This document shows positions 29,582-40,244 of a stretch of 64,000 nucleotides of DNA, piece after piece. Numbering within the stretch: the first letter of the stretch is position 1; each line of letters starts with the position of its first letter. The position numbers and the translations under genes are program-made. Source of the stretch: Candidatus Omnitrophota bacterium (GTDB taxonomy: Bacteria > Omnitrophota > Gorgyraeia > JAGLLT01); assembly GCA_030632085.1 (NCBI GenBank), contig DAOVJY010000001.1:271402-335401 (forward strand). The letters are read 5' to 3'. The notes beneath the pieces are model-generated. The model was not told the DNA's origin. It did no database searches and saw nothing but the letters and a program-made list of their open reading frames with translations.

Positions 29582-32470
29582 CTACCACCTTAAAGGCTTC
29601 TGCCAACTTTCTTTTAATTTAGCTATATCTTCTTTAATCACACACTTGCCGCCTATGCCGTTTACTATAAGCTCTTTCGCGCCTTTAATGAGGCCAACTT
29701 TCGCGAAACATGCTCCCTCAAGTACTTTTTCAAAGGCCTCTTTCTTGTCAACCGCGACTTCAACTACAAAGCGGCTCATTGACTCCGAAAAAAGCAGTTT
29801 ATAGTCTTTAAGATCGTCTATGTTGTTGGGAACTTTCTTCAAATCTATATCGGCTCCCAAGCCGCCGCCAAAGGCCATCTCGGTGAATGTTACGGCCAGC
29901 CCGCCCTCAGAACAATCGTGGATACTTTCAGCGAGGCCCTTAGAAGTTGCCTTCGATAAGGTATCCATTAACAATTTATTACTTTCTATACTGCCCGTAG
30001 GTACATTAGCTCCCATAAAACCCTTTAGCCTGTAGTAGGCCGAAGCCCCTAATTCATCTTTAGTTTCACCGACAACATATATTAAATTCCCCGCTTTTTT
30101 AAAATCTGATGAAATTGTTTTAGTAACGTCATCAATAACCCCCATCGCCGAGATTAAAAGGGTTCCGGGTATGGCTCTGGTTTTACCATGTTCATTATAT
30201 TCATTATTTAAACTATCTTTACCTGAGATAAAAGGTGCCTGATATCCCATAGAGGCATCAAAACAACCGATAGACGCCCGCACCAGGCCGCCCAACTGGT
30301 CTTCATCTGTAGGCGCGCCCCAGCAAAAATTATCCAACAAAGCCACTCTCTCTAAATTGCCGCCCGAGGCAACTATTTGCCTTAAAGCCTCATCAATCAC
30401 ATTAATCGCCATCCAGTAAGGATCTAATAAACCGTAATACGGATTTATGCCGCAAGATAATAATAAACCTTTTTTGGAATTATACAGGGGTTTTATGCAG
30501 GCAGCATCATTGGGTGTATCTTTGTTTTCTCCACCCAAAGGTTTTAAAACCGTCTGGGCCTGAACTTCATGATCGTACTGCCTTATAATCCATTCCTTTG
30601 AAGAAATATCATAAGTACCTAATAACTTATGCAAGGTATTAGCATAATCATCTTTTTCTTTTAAAGTCGGCTCACTTGTATCCGGTTTCCTCCAAACAGC
30701 TTTCTGTTTGAATCTGGGCATACCCTTATAAAGAAACTGTAAATCTAAATCGCAAACCTGATGACCTTCATAAAATATCTCTACTTTTTTAGTATCCGTA
30801 AATTCACCGATAACCGTACCTTCAACATCTTCTGAGGCAAATAATTCCAAAAGAGTATCTATTTTGCTTTTCTCAACCGCAAGGACCATTCTCTCCTGCG
30901 ACTCTGAAATCCAAATTTCATCATAGCTAAGGCCTTTATATTTTAAGGGAACCTTATCCAGCTCAACCCTTAAACCCAACTTCTCACCCATCTCGGTTAC
31001 CGCGGACGAAAAACCTCCGGCCCCGCAGTCATTTATCGACTTATACAAATTTTTATCTCTGGCTTTTAGTATAACATCTGTCATCTTTTTCTCGGTAATC
31101 GGATCGCCGATCTGAACCGCCGAACTTGAGACTTCTTCCGATTCGTGAGTTAATTCACCGGATGAAAATGTAGCTCCATGAATTCCGTCTCTACCGGTCT
31201 TTCCACCTACAGCCACAATCAAATCACCGCTATCAACTTTCTTAAAACATTTATCTTTAGGCATAATACCTACATTGCCGCAATAAACTAAAGGATTACC
31301 GATATAACTTTTATCAAACAACACCGCCCCGTTAACCGTGGGAATACCCATCCTGTTTCCGTAATCCCTTACACCGGAAACCACACCTTTAATAATTCTC
31401 TTGGGATGCATACTGCCTTTGGGAACTTCCTCGTGCGGATAATCAGGAGGGCCAAAACAAAAAACATCAGTATTGGCTATGGGCCTAGCCCCTAAACCCG
31501 TACCCAGAATATCTCTGATAACCCCGCCAACTCCGGTAGAAGCTCCACCGTAAGGCTCTAAAGCCGAGGGATGATTGTGGGTTTCAACTTTGAAACAAAC
31601 GGCATTTTCTTCATCAAAGTCAATAATCCCCGCGTTATCCTCAAAGACAGAGATACACCAATCCTTATTTAAAAGCTCAGTAGCCCTCATAATGGTTGAT
31701 TTTAACAAACCGTCAATCTCTTTACCTTCATATTCAATTAAACCTTTAAAGGTTTTATGAAAACAATGTTCCGACCAGGTTTGCGCGATTATTTCCAATT
31801 CACAATCAATGGGTTTTCTGCCTAGGTTCCTGAAATACCTCTGAATAGCCCGCATTTCCTCCAGGCTCAGATAAAGCTGACCCTCTTTAGAAATTTGCGT
31901 CAGTTTCTCATCATCAACTTCAAGTAAATCAACTTCAATAAGTTTAAATTTATATTTAGGTAGGTCTTTCTTCAGATATGGTTCTTTAGAGTATATTTCT
32001 TTACTAGTTCTGATATGCTGGATAAGTTTATTATACAAAACTTTCTGAGTCAAAGATTTAATTTTCTTCAAATCTAAATCTGTCTCAATTAAATATAGTT
32101 TCGCCGTCTTAACATCATCTAATTTCTCAATCCCTAAATCTTTTACAGCCTTGGTAATGCTGGCCTCCCACGGATCCATTACCCCCGGGTTATGAGCTAC
32201 TTCTACAGCTTTAATTGCCTGAGGAATAATTCCCGAAGTAATATTTTCCTCATTAAAAATCTGATACTGCTGGATAACTTTATCCACCAACAAATTATCA
32301 ACTATTTCTTTAACTTCAGTTTCCTTCAGGGAGCCGTAAAGGATATAAACTTCCCTGACTCTAATGCTCTTTATGCCCTCAACTCCTAAATCTTTTATGC
32401 TTTTTTTAGCCGCGTCTCCCTGGGCATCAAAAACGGCGGGTTTATTTTCAACTTCAATTCTCCAAAACAT
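29582..32470 (-). CDS. purL: Phosphoribosylformylglycinamidine synthase subunit PurL with an N-terminal PurS-like extension (fusion)
   Basis: 962 aa against about 740 for a stand-alone PurL. The first ~200 aa resemble PurS (KPAVFDAQGDAAKKSIKDLGVEGIKSIRVREVY). The remainder is the PurL core. Confidence 0.85.
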   Translation of the reverse strand: MFWRIEVENKPAVFDAQGDAAKKSIKDLGVEGIKSIRVREVYILYGSLKETEVKEIVDNLLVDKVIQQYQIFNEENITSGIIPQAIKAVEVAHNPGVMDPWEASITKAVKDLGIEKLDDVKTAKLYLIETDLDLKKIKSLTQKVLYNKLIQHIRTSKEIYSKEPYLKKDLPKYKFKLIEVDLLEVDDEKLTQISKEGQLYLSLEEMRAIQRYFRNLGRKPIDCELEIIAQTWSEHCFHKTFKGLIEYEGKEIDGLLKSTIMRATELLNKDWCISVFEDNAGIIDFDEENAVCFKVETHNHPSALEPYGGASTGVGGVIRDILGTGLGARPIANTDVFCFGPPDYPHEEVPKGSMHPKRIIKGVVSGVRDYGNRMGIPTVNGAVLFDKSYIGNPLVYCGNVGIMPKDKCFKKVDSGDLIVAVGGKTGRDGIHGATFSSGELTHESEEVSSSAVQIGDPITEKKMTDVILKARDKNLYKSINDCGAGGFSSAVTEMGEKLGLRVELDKVPLKYKGLSYDEIWISESQERMVLAVEKSKIDTLLELFASEDVEGTVIGEFTDTKKVEIFYEGHQVCDLDLQFLYKGMPRFKQKAVWRKPDTSEPTLKEKDDYANTLHKLLGTYDISSKEWIIRQYDHEVQAQTVLKPLGGENKDTPNDAACIKPLYNSKKGLLLSCGINPYYGLLDPYWMAINVIDEALRQIVASGGNLERVALLDNFCWGAPTDEDQLGGLVRASIGCFDASMGYQAPFISGKDSLNNEYNEHGKTRAIPGTLLISAMGVIDDVTKTISSDFKKAGNLIYVVGETKDELGASAYYRLKGFMGANVPTGSIESNKLLMDTLSKATSKGLAESIHDCSEGGLAVTFTEMAFGGGLGADIDLKKVPNNIDDLKDYKLLFSESMSRFVVEVAVDKKEAFEKVLEGACFAKVGLIKGAKELIVNGIGGKCVIKEDIAKLKESWQKPLRW

Positions 32471-32493
32471 ACATATCCTCTATTATAGTTATA

Positions 32494-32561
32494 AGTCACA
32501 AGTCTAAAGTCACAAGGCACAAGATACAAGATACAAGATACAAGATACAAACAATATTCAA
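32494..32561. repeat. Tandem heptad array (NNCACAA/GATACAA x ~9) upstream of purL, ending in a 30-mer shared with the 10967-10995 region
   Basis: gtcacaa gtctaaa gtcacaa ggcacaa gatacaa x4, then acaatattcaa. The string caag[a/t]tacaagatacaaacaatattcaa matches at 29 of 30 positions between 32532-32561 and 10966-10995. Confidence 0.6.
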
Positions 32562-32689
32562 TCATCAAGAAACAATTACAATGTTGCCAGTTAAAAGTTT
32601 TTATTTTATTTGCTTTTACTTAATCCTTAGAGCTTACCATTAGCAAGCTGCTAGTAAGCGTCTTAATTCTTAATCCTGTTTTTTGTTTT

Positions 32690-33985
32690 TTAAAGTCCAA
32701 CACGCTTATAAATTTTATTAATATTTCTTAAATAATGTTTGTAATCAAAAAACTTTTCTACGTCTTTAGGTTTAACGTAACTCAAAAACTTCTTATCGCT
32801 TAAAAGAACTTTTTTAAAAGGTACCTGTTTCTCCCAGGCGCAGAGAGCTGACTTCTGTATTAATTCATAGGCCGTCTTTCTAGTTAGGCCCTTTTCCTGA
32901 ATGAGATAAAGCATTATCCTCTGAGAAAAAACCAAACCTTGAACTTTCTCTAAATTAAAAATCATCTTTTTAGGATAAACCACCAGATTATCAACTATAT
33001 AAGTTATTTCACCTAAAACATAATCCAGCAATAATGTCGCGTCAGGCAGAATAACCCTTTCAGCCGAGGAATGGCTTATATCCCTCTCGTGCCATAAGGC
33101 CACATTATCCAAGGCGGTCTGGACATAACCCCTCAAAACCCTCACCAAACCACAAACTCTCTCACTTCTAACGGGATTTCTTTTATGAGGCATGGAGGAA
33201 GACCCCTTCTGGCCTTTTGAAAAATACTCCTCAACTTCCAAAACGTCCGTCCTCTGTAAATTACGAATTTCCAAGGCAATCTTCTCTAGAGAAGCTCCCA
33301 CTATAGCTATAGTGGCTATAAGCTGCGCGTGCCGATCGCGCTGTAAAACCTGGGTTGAAATTAAAGCCGGCTTCAAATTTAATTTCTTTAATGCCTTATC
33401 TTGAATATCCGGATCCAGATGTGAAAATGTTCCTACCGAACCGGAAATTTTTCCCACCCCTATAATCTCTTTGGCGTCATTTAAACGCTTGAGGTTTCTT
33501 TTAGCTTCCTCATAAAACAAGGCCATCTTAAAACCAAAAGTCGTCGGCTCGGCATGAATACCGTGCGTTCTACCGGCACAAATTGTATTTTTGTACCTCA
33601 GGGCCTTCTTTTTTAAAACTTTCATCAAAACCATTAAATCTTCAATTAAAATACTACTTGCTTCTTTTAATTGCATTGCCTGGCCGGTATCAACCACATC
33701 ACTTGAAGTCAAGCCCCAGTGGATATATTTTCCCTTTTTGCCCATGTAACTTGAAACATTATTTACAAAGGCGGCTACATCATGCTTGGTTATTTTCTCC
33801 AGTTCTTTAATTTTGGCTGTGTTAAAGCGGGCCTTTTTTTTGATAACTTTAAAATCACTTTTAGGTATAATTCCTTTCTCGGATAGGACCTCGCAAACCG
33901 CCAACTCTACATCAAGCATCTTTTGAAGCTTATTATCTTCACTCCAGACATCCTGCATTTTCTTTCGGGAATATCTTTCTATCAT
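32690..33985 (-). CDS. purB: Adenylosuccinate lyase
   Basis: A fumarate-lyase fold with the GSSSMPHKRNP signature. Confidence 0.9.
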   Translation of the reverse strand: MIERYSRKKMQDVWSEDNKLQKMLDVELAVCEVLSEKGIIPKSDFKVIKKKARFNTAKIKELEKITKHDVAAFVNNVSSYMGKKGKYIHWGLTSSDVVDTGQAMQLKEASSILIEDLMVLMKVLKKKALRYKNTICAGRTHGIHAEPTTFGFKMALFYEEAKRNLKRLNDAKEIIGVGKISGSVGTFSHLDPDIQDKALKKLNLKPALISTQVLQRDRHAQLIATIAIVGASLEKIALEIRNLQRTDVLEVEEYFSKGQKGSSSMPHKRNPVRSERVCGLVRVLRGYVQTALDNVALWHERDISHSSAERVILPDATLLLDYVLGEITYIVDNLVVYPKKMIFNLEKVQGLVFSQRIMLYLIQEKGLTRKTAYELIQKSALCAWEKQVPFKKVLLSDKKFLSYVKPKDVEKFFDYKHYLRNINKIYKRVGL

Positions 33986-34108
33986 TAAAAATACTCCTGT
34001 TTTTTAAAGGTGGGTAGTTAACTAAAAACAATTTATATGATAACAGATAAAAAAGCGACCGTCAATAACATAAAATGCTATTAAAGGTATTTATTTTAAT
34101 AAATGCTT

Positions 34109-35164
34109 TTACTCAACTGCAGAAAGACTGTTTAGGTGAGTTTTTATAGCTTCCTGGATTTCGGAATCTAAATTAGATGCTGCCCCAAGTGCTTTCCTGA
34201 AGGCCTCTTTGGCTTTTTTATAATCTTTCCTTTTTAAATAAATAAGACCCAGTGTATCATAATAATAACCTTTTTTTTCAGAAGGCAGCGTCAAAGCCTG
34301 CATAGCATAATCTTCAGCCATATCCAGATTACGCCCGTCTAAATACAGACTGTAAGCTATATTATTATAAGCATCCGCGTATTCTTTATCAATCTCAATC
34401 GCTTTATTATAATAAACTGTCGCCTGAGCATATTCATTAAGCTTCAAATAAACATTGCCCAGATTAAAAAAGTATAAGGCTCGCGTGTTATCTGCTTTTA
34501 TGGCCTTTTTATAATAAACAACTGCCAGGTCATTTAAGCCCGACTTTTCATATATTAATCCCAGTTTATTTAAGTAATAGCTGTCTAACTCCCAGTCCAC
34601 TTTCTGAGGCGGAGCAACTACCAATGCCCACTTACCGGCTGATTCCCACTTTCTGATGAAATCACCATAAGTCATCAATTCAGGTTCTTCTTTGCCCGAA
34701 TAAACCAGCACCGCTTGCCGGGTTTCATCATAACCAAAGAGAACCATATAGTGATTTTTCTTAATAAAAGGCATTACCTGCAGCATAACAATAACAGGGA
34801 TACCTTCTCTTATCTTGGGCCCCAATTCATCTAGTTCAAACTCACCCGCCTGGGCAAAAAAACCTCTTTCAAAGGCATAATTTTCTAAGTCTATCGTCAG
34901 GCTTCCCTTAATGGACGTACGATAAATAGATTCAGCTATTTCCTCCTGGGTAACTTTATCACCCCAGTAATTTATGACTACGGCTAAAGCGGATGGCCCA
35001 CAGAAGTTTTTATCCTGTTTAAAAAAAAGAAGGCCATCAATATAATGGCCTTCATCAATATCATTATCCAAATCGGCTTTTATAACAGTATAGTTTAATC
35101 CCGCGCAGCCGCAAAGAAGAAAAAAACAACTTATAACTACTATAAAAAGTTCTCTTTTCTTCAC
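34109..35164 (-). CDS. PA2778-like lipoprotein: C39-like papain-fold cysteine peptidase domain plus C-terminal TPR repeats
   Basis: A lipobox LLCGCAG, a C39-type catalytic Cys motif FCGPSALAVVINYWG and TPR repeats in the C-terminal half. Confidence 0.6.
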   Translation of the reverse strand: MKKRELFIVVISCFFLLCGCAGLNYTVIKADLDNDIDEGHYIDGLLFFKQDKNFCGPSALAVVINYWGDKVTQEEIAESIYRTSIKGSLTIDLENYAFERGFFAQAGEFELDELGPKIREGIPVIVMLQVMPFIKKNHYMVLFGYDETRQAVLVYSGKEEPELMTYGDFIRKWESAGKWALVVAPPQKVDWELDSYYLNKLGLIYEKSGLNDLAVVYYKKAIKADNTRALYFFNLGNVYLKLNEYAQATVYYNKAIEIDKEYADAYNNIAYSLYLDGRNLDMAEDYAMQALTLPSEKKGYYYDTLGLIYLKRKDYKKAKEAFRKALGAASNLDSEIQEAIKTHLNSLSAVE

Positions 35165-35167
35165 TTC

Positions 35168-35593
35168 CTATGAATTCTTCTCTATTGTTACCGGATTGTG
35201 TAATTTAACCTTGCGATCAGTCGCGTATAGGAAAAGTATGCCTATCAAAAGAACAACCAGTAGAATTATAGCTATTCCGGCACCACTGCCGGCCTTATCA
35301 AGCGTTTTGACTTTCTGAGCCATTTGATGTAATTGGTGTTCATCCATTGTAGATAAACTCACCTTAATTTCATCAGCCGATAAACCCAACTTTGCTAATC
35401 TTTCAACCACTATTTCTTTTTCCAAGAAAGAAGAAACAGCCTCCAAATCAGCTCTGTAAGCCGCCGAGACAACTTTAGCTGAAGAAGATACCGGAAGCGC
35501 AAAAGCATTAATCGGCAAGCAACCTAAAATAAGTCCGAGTACAAACATAAAAATATAAACGCGCTTTTGTTCAAAGATCCTCTTAAAAAACAT
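35168..35593 (-). CDS. PA2779-like small protein (signal peptide, soluble segment, C-terminal TM)
   Basis: 141 aa with a signal-like N-terminus and a C-terminal hydrophobic helix. It is the conserved partner of the C39-TPR lipoprotein. Confidence 0.4.
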   Translation of the reverse strand: MFFKRIFEQKRVYIFMFVLGLILGCLPINAFALPVSSSAKVVSAAYRADLEAVSSFLEKEIVVERLAKLGLSADEIKVSLSTMDEHQLHQMAQKVKTLDKAGSGAGIAIILLVVLLIGILFLYATDRKVKLHNPVTIEKNS

Positions 35594-35607
35594 CTGCTAC
35601 CTCCTAT

Positions 35608-35967
35608 TTATTTAGTAAAAATCATTTTAATTGCGATAACAAGCATGCAAACTCCGAACATTCTTCTTAAAACCGTTTCGGAAATATGTTCTACAAAACT
35701 GGCTCCAATAAAACCGCCCACAAAAAAACCCATAGCAATAAATATAGCTACGGTAATATTAACCTGACCTTGGGAATAATACTTCATAGCCGCCAATAAG
35801 CCAATAGGAAGAACCATAACCGCCAGGGTTGTCCCCTGGGCGCCATGTTGAGAAAATCCAAAAAGATAAACTAACGCGGGAATCATAACAATACCGCCGC
35901 CTATACCTAAAAGGCCGCTTAGTATTCCCGCAACAAGTCCGACTACTATAAACAAGTAGTTACTCAA
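35608..35967 (-). CDS. TSUP (TauE/SafE) family membrane protein, short single-repeat form
   Basis: The GxxSGxxGxGGG signature (GILSGLLGIGGGIV) with 4 TM helices. It is about half the usual length. Confidence 0.6.
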   Translation of the reverse strand: MSNYLFIVVGLVAGILSGLLGIGGGIVMIPALVYLFGFSQHGAQGTTLAVMVLPIGLLAAMKYYSQGQVNITVAIFIAMGFFVGGFIGASFVEHISETVLRRMFGVCMLVIAIKMIFTK

Positions 35968-36120
35968 ATTTGCCTCCCCCGTTATCTTTCAATAAGAATA
36001 CTACAAAAACCATTCAGCGTCAAGATATTATACAACTTATTAGTAACAAAAAAACCCGCGAGAACTTACTCTTTTGGGTTTTGGAGACTGCGGATAATTT
36101 ATTTTCATATATATGAATGA

Positions 36121-36798
36121 TTAATTTATTTGGAAGACGATAGCCACATCCATCGTGAGACTTGAACGTTTTAAGTCGCCGGGTATAGGCATAAAGGGGC
36201 TAGCCCTTTTTACTGTAGCTACAGCCGCAGAATCAAGTATGTTAATCCCCGATGATTTGATAAGACTAATATTAGCAACTTCCCCGCTCAATAAAGTCGT
36301 AAACCTGATACATGCAGCACCTTCAAGCCCTTGCTTCTTGGCCCAACTTGGATATCTGCGCGAACTTTCAATTTTCTGTTTTATCATATCCTGATATCTA
36401 AGTATAGCCTCATCTTGCGGATTTTTTACTTCAATAAATTCTTCTTTTGGTTCTGGGATATATTTTTTATTCGCAATTTCTTCTATTGCGCTATCCTCAA
36501 CTTCTTCTTTTTCCTTAGGCTCTTCTATATTTTTGGGTGTTTGCGCCTGAGGCTCTAACTCCGGCATATCTTCTTTTACCGGTTCTTTAACTTTTTTTTC
36601 CTTCCCTAATATATCTATTTTAGGTAATAGAGGTGGTTTTTCAAACTGAAGCTCAATAATAATTTCTTCATTTTCTTCTAAAATCTCTGGTGAAGATGTC
36701 AAATTAAACTTTGGCAGCCAAAAAAGAATAATGTGCAGCAAAAGAGATAAAAAAAAGAATGCTACTATTGCTTTTTCTTCGGAATAATATCTCATCAA
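36121..36798 (-). CDS. tonB: Energy transducer TonB
   Basis: An N-terminal TM helix, a Pro/Glu/Lys-rich spacer and a C-terminal TonB domain. It follows exbB-exbD. Confidence 0.75.
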   Translation of the reverse strand: MMRYYSEEKAIVAFFFLSLLLHIILFWLPKFNLTSSPEILEENEEIIIELQFEKPPLLPKIDILGKEKKVKEPVKEDMPELEPQAQTPKNIEEPKEKEEVEDSAIEEIANKKYIPEPKEEFIEVKNPQDEAILRYQDMIKQKIESSRRYPSWAKKQGLEGAACIRFTTLLSGEVANISLIKSSGINILDSAAVATVKRASPFMPIPGDLKRSSLTMDVAIVFQIN

Positions 36799-37283
36799 TA
36801 ACTTTCTGCATTCAAAGATGAATTAAGTTCATTAATCGCCGGCTCATTATAAGTTCTGGTTGATATAGCTATACCTTGAGCATTAGCATCTTTGGCTATA
36901 TCCATAATTTTAACAGCTAAACCCAGGTTAACCTTTTCATCAGCCTTCAGAATAACTGTTTTTTCCTGATTCATTTCCAACTTCTTCTCAAGAAAATCCT
37001 TAAGATTTTTAAGAGCCACTTCCTCATCATTAAGATAAACCTTATTATTCTCACTAATGAATACAATGATATTCTCTTCTTCCTGGGGCATTGCCGTTCT
37101 GGCCATTGGTAAAGATATTTTTATTGCCGGCCGCATTATAAAATTAGCTGTAAGCATAAAGAAAATAAGAAGCAAAAAAACAATATCAATTAAAGGGGCG
37201 ATATCAAAATGTGTTTTTATCCTTCTTCTTGAATCAAATTCCATACTCAACATCCTCCCCGGGACTTCTCTTTTCTTTGGCAA
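36795..37283 (-). CDS. exbD: Biopolymer transport protein ExbD/TolR
   Basis: A single TM helix and an ExbD periplasmic domain. It overlaps tonB by 4 nt. Confidence 0.85.
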   Translation of the reverse strand: MPKKREVPGRMLSMEFDSRRRIKTHFDIAPLIDIVFLLLIFFMLTANFIMRPAIKISLPMARTAMPQEEENIIVFISENNKVYLNDEEVALKNLKDFLEKKLEMNQEKTVILKADEKVNLGLAVKIMDIAKDANAQGIAISTRTYNEPAINELNSSLNAESY

Positions 37284-37896
37284 TGCCGGTGTTTTTTATG
37301 TGCAGCCATTCCAATAGCTCTTCACCGGCATCTTTCATTTGAGCATAGGTATTATCTACTCTACCTTCGAAATAATGATAAAAGATAATTGCCGGAATGG
37401 CTACAGTCATACCGGCAGCCGTAGTAATTAGGGCTTCCGCGATACCTCCGGCCAAAACGGAGGCATCAACTCTCCCGCCAAGCTCTTGAATCTTTACAAA
37501 ACACTTTATCATTCCCGTGACCGTACCCAGCAAACCAAGAAGAGGTGTTATGTGGCCTATAATACCCAAGGGCCTGAGGTTTTTATCAAGCTTTTTTATT
37601 TCTCTTGAACCTATCCTTGAAAGATTTTTTTCAATATCTTTCTCAGGTCTTTTTCGTAAATGAATACCGGTACCTAATATTTTAGCAACCGGCCCGGGTG
37701 TTTTCCGGCAAAATTTTTCAGCTTCATTCTCTTTATTATCTACAACTAAAAGCTTAACCTGTTCTAAAAAATTAGGTATCTTATTTCTTGCGCGGTGAAA
37801 ACAATGCGCCCTTTCAAAAACAATAGCAATCATCAGCACCGAACAAAAAACAATCGGCCAAATAAAAAAACCACCCTTTAATAAAAATTCAAACAT
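37234..37896 (-). CDS. exbB: MotA/TolQ/ExbB proton channel
   Basis: Three TM helices and the ExbB signature GLLGTVTGMI. Confidence 0.85.
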   Translation of the reverse strand: MFEFLLKGGFFIWPIVFCSVLMIAIVFERAHCFHRARNKIPNFLEQVKLLVVDNKENEAEKFCRKTPGPVAKILGTGIHLRKRPEKDIEKNLSRIGSREIKKLDKNLRPLGIIGHITPLLGLLGTVTGMIKCFVKIQELGGRVDASVLAGGIAEALITTAAGMTVAIPAIIFYHYFEGRVDNTYAQMKDAGEELLEWLHIKNTGIAKEKRSPGEDVEYGI

Positions 37897-37947
37897 ATAT
37901 TTCTCCTTTTAATCCCACCCACCCAACCTTTTTTGTTTTCTATTTTA

Positions 37948-40143
37948 CTAGAACGATAATTTCATTCCCGCGTAAATAATTCTGCCGTAATAAGGAGCAT
38001 ACATAAAGGCTGCATCATCCGGCCTTTTGTCTTTTTGGATTTCATCAAACAAATTCCTTGCCCCAATATAGGCCGTAAGATTTTCTCTCAAGAAATTATG
38101 CTTAGATATTTTCATATTAGCCACCCAAAAACCTTTAGTATGCACAATTTCAGAACCGGGGTTATCCACGTCATCATTTTCATAATAATCTATATACATT
38201 CTGCCGGTATAATCCGTCCCAAAATTTATCTCCCAGTCTTTTGGTGTCAGGGCAAAACCTACTCCGGAGGTAAACTTTGGAACTCTGGAAATATGTTTAC
38301 TATCTGAAGCGTATTGATTTCCGTGAACCGGATGATGGACCCAATCGGCTCTTTCATTATCATATTTGGCATCGGTATAGGTAAAATCCACCTCAAGCTG
38401 AACCAGATCAGAGAAAACAAAATCTGAACCAACTTCTACGCCCTGCGTATAAGCATCGCCCAAGTTCTCCCATTCATAATCATAACCCATTGCCCTAGCC
38501 GTAGCACTAGCATCAACTAAACCTATCTTATTTTCTAAATTTGTTCTAAATAAACTCACATAAGGTACAAACCGGCCAATCTTATAATCAGCTGAGAGGT
38601 TTGCGCCAAGCGATTCTTCAGACTTAAGGTCCCCAGGCTTAAAAACTCTGGGAGAACCACTGCAAAGATGCAAATCCTCAGAAAATCCATAAGGAACTCT
38701 AAACCCTTTCCCAACAGCGAGTCTTAACGAAAGGTCATTTATAGGCTTATACATCAAACTTGTCCTGGGATTGAAGGATTTCTCATTTAATTCATTTGAT
38801 ACTGACTTTCCGTAAGTATCTCCGCTACCCGCAAAACTATCTTCTGAGCGGTGAATATCATATCTAGCGCCTATTAACCAGGTTAGATTATCTAAAATTG
38901 CTATCTCATCCTGGAGATAAATACCATATTCATGGGCGTGCTTCTCGCTGGTTGACTCATACGCGTTTCCATAATCAGAAGCAGTATCATCAACAACAAC
39001 GTATTTACCGCTCTCATCAAGCTTATTGTAACTATATTGAAAACCCCCCAAAAACTGGTGCCTTTCACCTATCAGGCGATGGTAATTAATATCAATGTTA
39101 TATTGTTGCTCTTTAGCTCTATACGGCTCCATTTCATTTAATGACGGCTCCGCGTCAGCATGTGTACTTTTATAATCTCCTAAGAAAGTATCGTTGGTAG
39201 CATCACGATAGTGTTGAAACATGGAAAAAGTCATATTAAACATATCAATATCAGAAAACGGTTTCTCATAACCGGCCTGCAATTCATATCTGTCGGAATC
39301 TATGCTTTCTGAAGCTGCCGCAAACGGATTAGTATAGGTTTCCAGCTCACCGCCTTTTCTTTCTTCACTATAAATTCGAGCGCCAAGAGTCAATTTATCC
39401 TCACCAATAACATCTTTAAAATTTAATCTCGTACCTAAAGTATTAGACCTTGACCAAACTCTATCCAGCATATGACTACTGCCGGGCTTTTCACCATCAT
39501 ATATTTCATCACCCTCATCTCTTTGGGCATATATTAAAACATCTACATTTTCAGTCGGATATGACCCCAATATAGAATATTTATTAGTTCTATGTTCTCC
39601 AAATACGGTTTCAACTTCAAAGGCCGGATCTTCAGATGGTGTTTTAGTAATAACATTAATAACACCGGCAATAGCACTGGAACCATATAAAGCGGAACCC
39701 GGCCCCTTCACCACCTCAATTCTATCAATCATTGATGCCGGTATCTGCTGCAGGCCGTAAACCGAAGTTACCCCGGTAAATAATGGTTGCCCATCTATTA
39801 ATATTTGGACGTGCCCCGATTCCAAACCCTGCATTCGCACATCGGAAAAATTACAATATGAACATTGTTGTTCAACTCTTATACCGGGAACACTTTCCAA
39901 TGCTTCATAAAGATTTGTAGCTCCCTTAGCGCTAATCTCATCAGAACTTATAACTTCCGTTCTTATGGGCACATCACTTAAGATTCTTTCCGTCTTGGTA
40001 GCTGTAACAACTACCTGCCCCAAATCGTAATCGGAGGCATCACCTTCAGCCCCGACGTTATTCGACACTGAAAATAAAAAAACACAAACTAAAATAGGCA
40101 GAAAACATAAAGATACCGACTGCCAAGCAAATAAACGTTTCAT
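37948..40143 (-). CDS. TonB-dependent outer-membrane receptor
   Basis: A signal peptide, a plug domain and a beta-barrel ending in a C-terminal aromatic residue (LSF). Confidence 0.85.
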   Translation of the reverse strand: MKRLFAWQSVSLCFLPILVCVFLFSVSNNVGAEGDASDYDLGQVVVTATKTERILSDVPIRTEVISSDEISAKGATNLYEALESVPGIRVEQQCSYCNFSDVRMQGLESGHVQILIDGQPLFTGVTSVYGLQQIPASMIDRIEVVKGPGSALYGSSAIAGVINVITKTPSEDPAFEVETVFGEHRTNKYSILGSYPTENVDVLIYAQRDEGDEIYDGEKPGSSHMLDRVWSRSNTLGTRLNFKDVIGEDKLTLGARIYSEERKGGELETYTNPFAAASESIDSDRYELQAGYEKPFSDIDMFNMTFSMFQHYRDATNDTFLGDYKSTHADAEPSLNEMEPYRAKEQQYNIDINYHRLIGERHQFLGGFQYSYNKLDESGKYVVVDDTASDYGNAYESTSEKHAHEYGIYLQDEIAILDNLTWLIGARYDIHRSEDSFAGSGDTYGKSVSNELNEKSFNPRTSLMYKPINDLSLRLAVGKGFRVPYGFSEDLHLCSGSPRVFKPGDLKSEESLGANLSADYKIGRFVPYVSLFRTNLENKIGLVDASATARAMGYDYEWENLGDAYTQGVEVGSDFVFSDLVQLEVDFTYTDAKYDNERADWVHHPVHGNQYASDSKHISRVPKFTSGVGFALTPKDWEINFGTDYTGRMYIDYYENDDVDNPGSEIVHTKGFWVANMKISKHNFLRENLTAYIGARNLFDEIQKDKRPDDAAFMYAPYYGRIIYAGMKLSF

Positions 40144-40244
40144 ATCTCTACTCCTTCATTGTTCCCTCTGGCTGTCCAGTCGGTCTTTTAAAATTAACTC
40201 ACTTTTTTTGTTAGCCCTGCGTATACAGTAGCTGCTTTTTCAAC

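Noticed and set aside
32621-32648. Hairpin GCTTAC..TAGCAagcTGCTA..GTAAGC as the purB terminator
   Set aside because: No U tract follows on the minus (purB) strand. It is T-rich only on the plus strand, where no gene ends.
33986-34108. Purine riboswitch upstream of purB / pur operon
   Set aside because: The leader lacks the conserved purine-aptamer junction motifs. The only notable upstream feature near the pur genes is the heptad array before purL.
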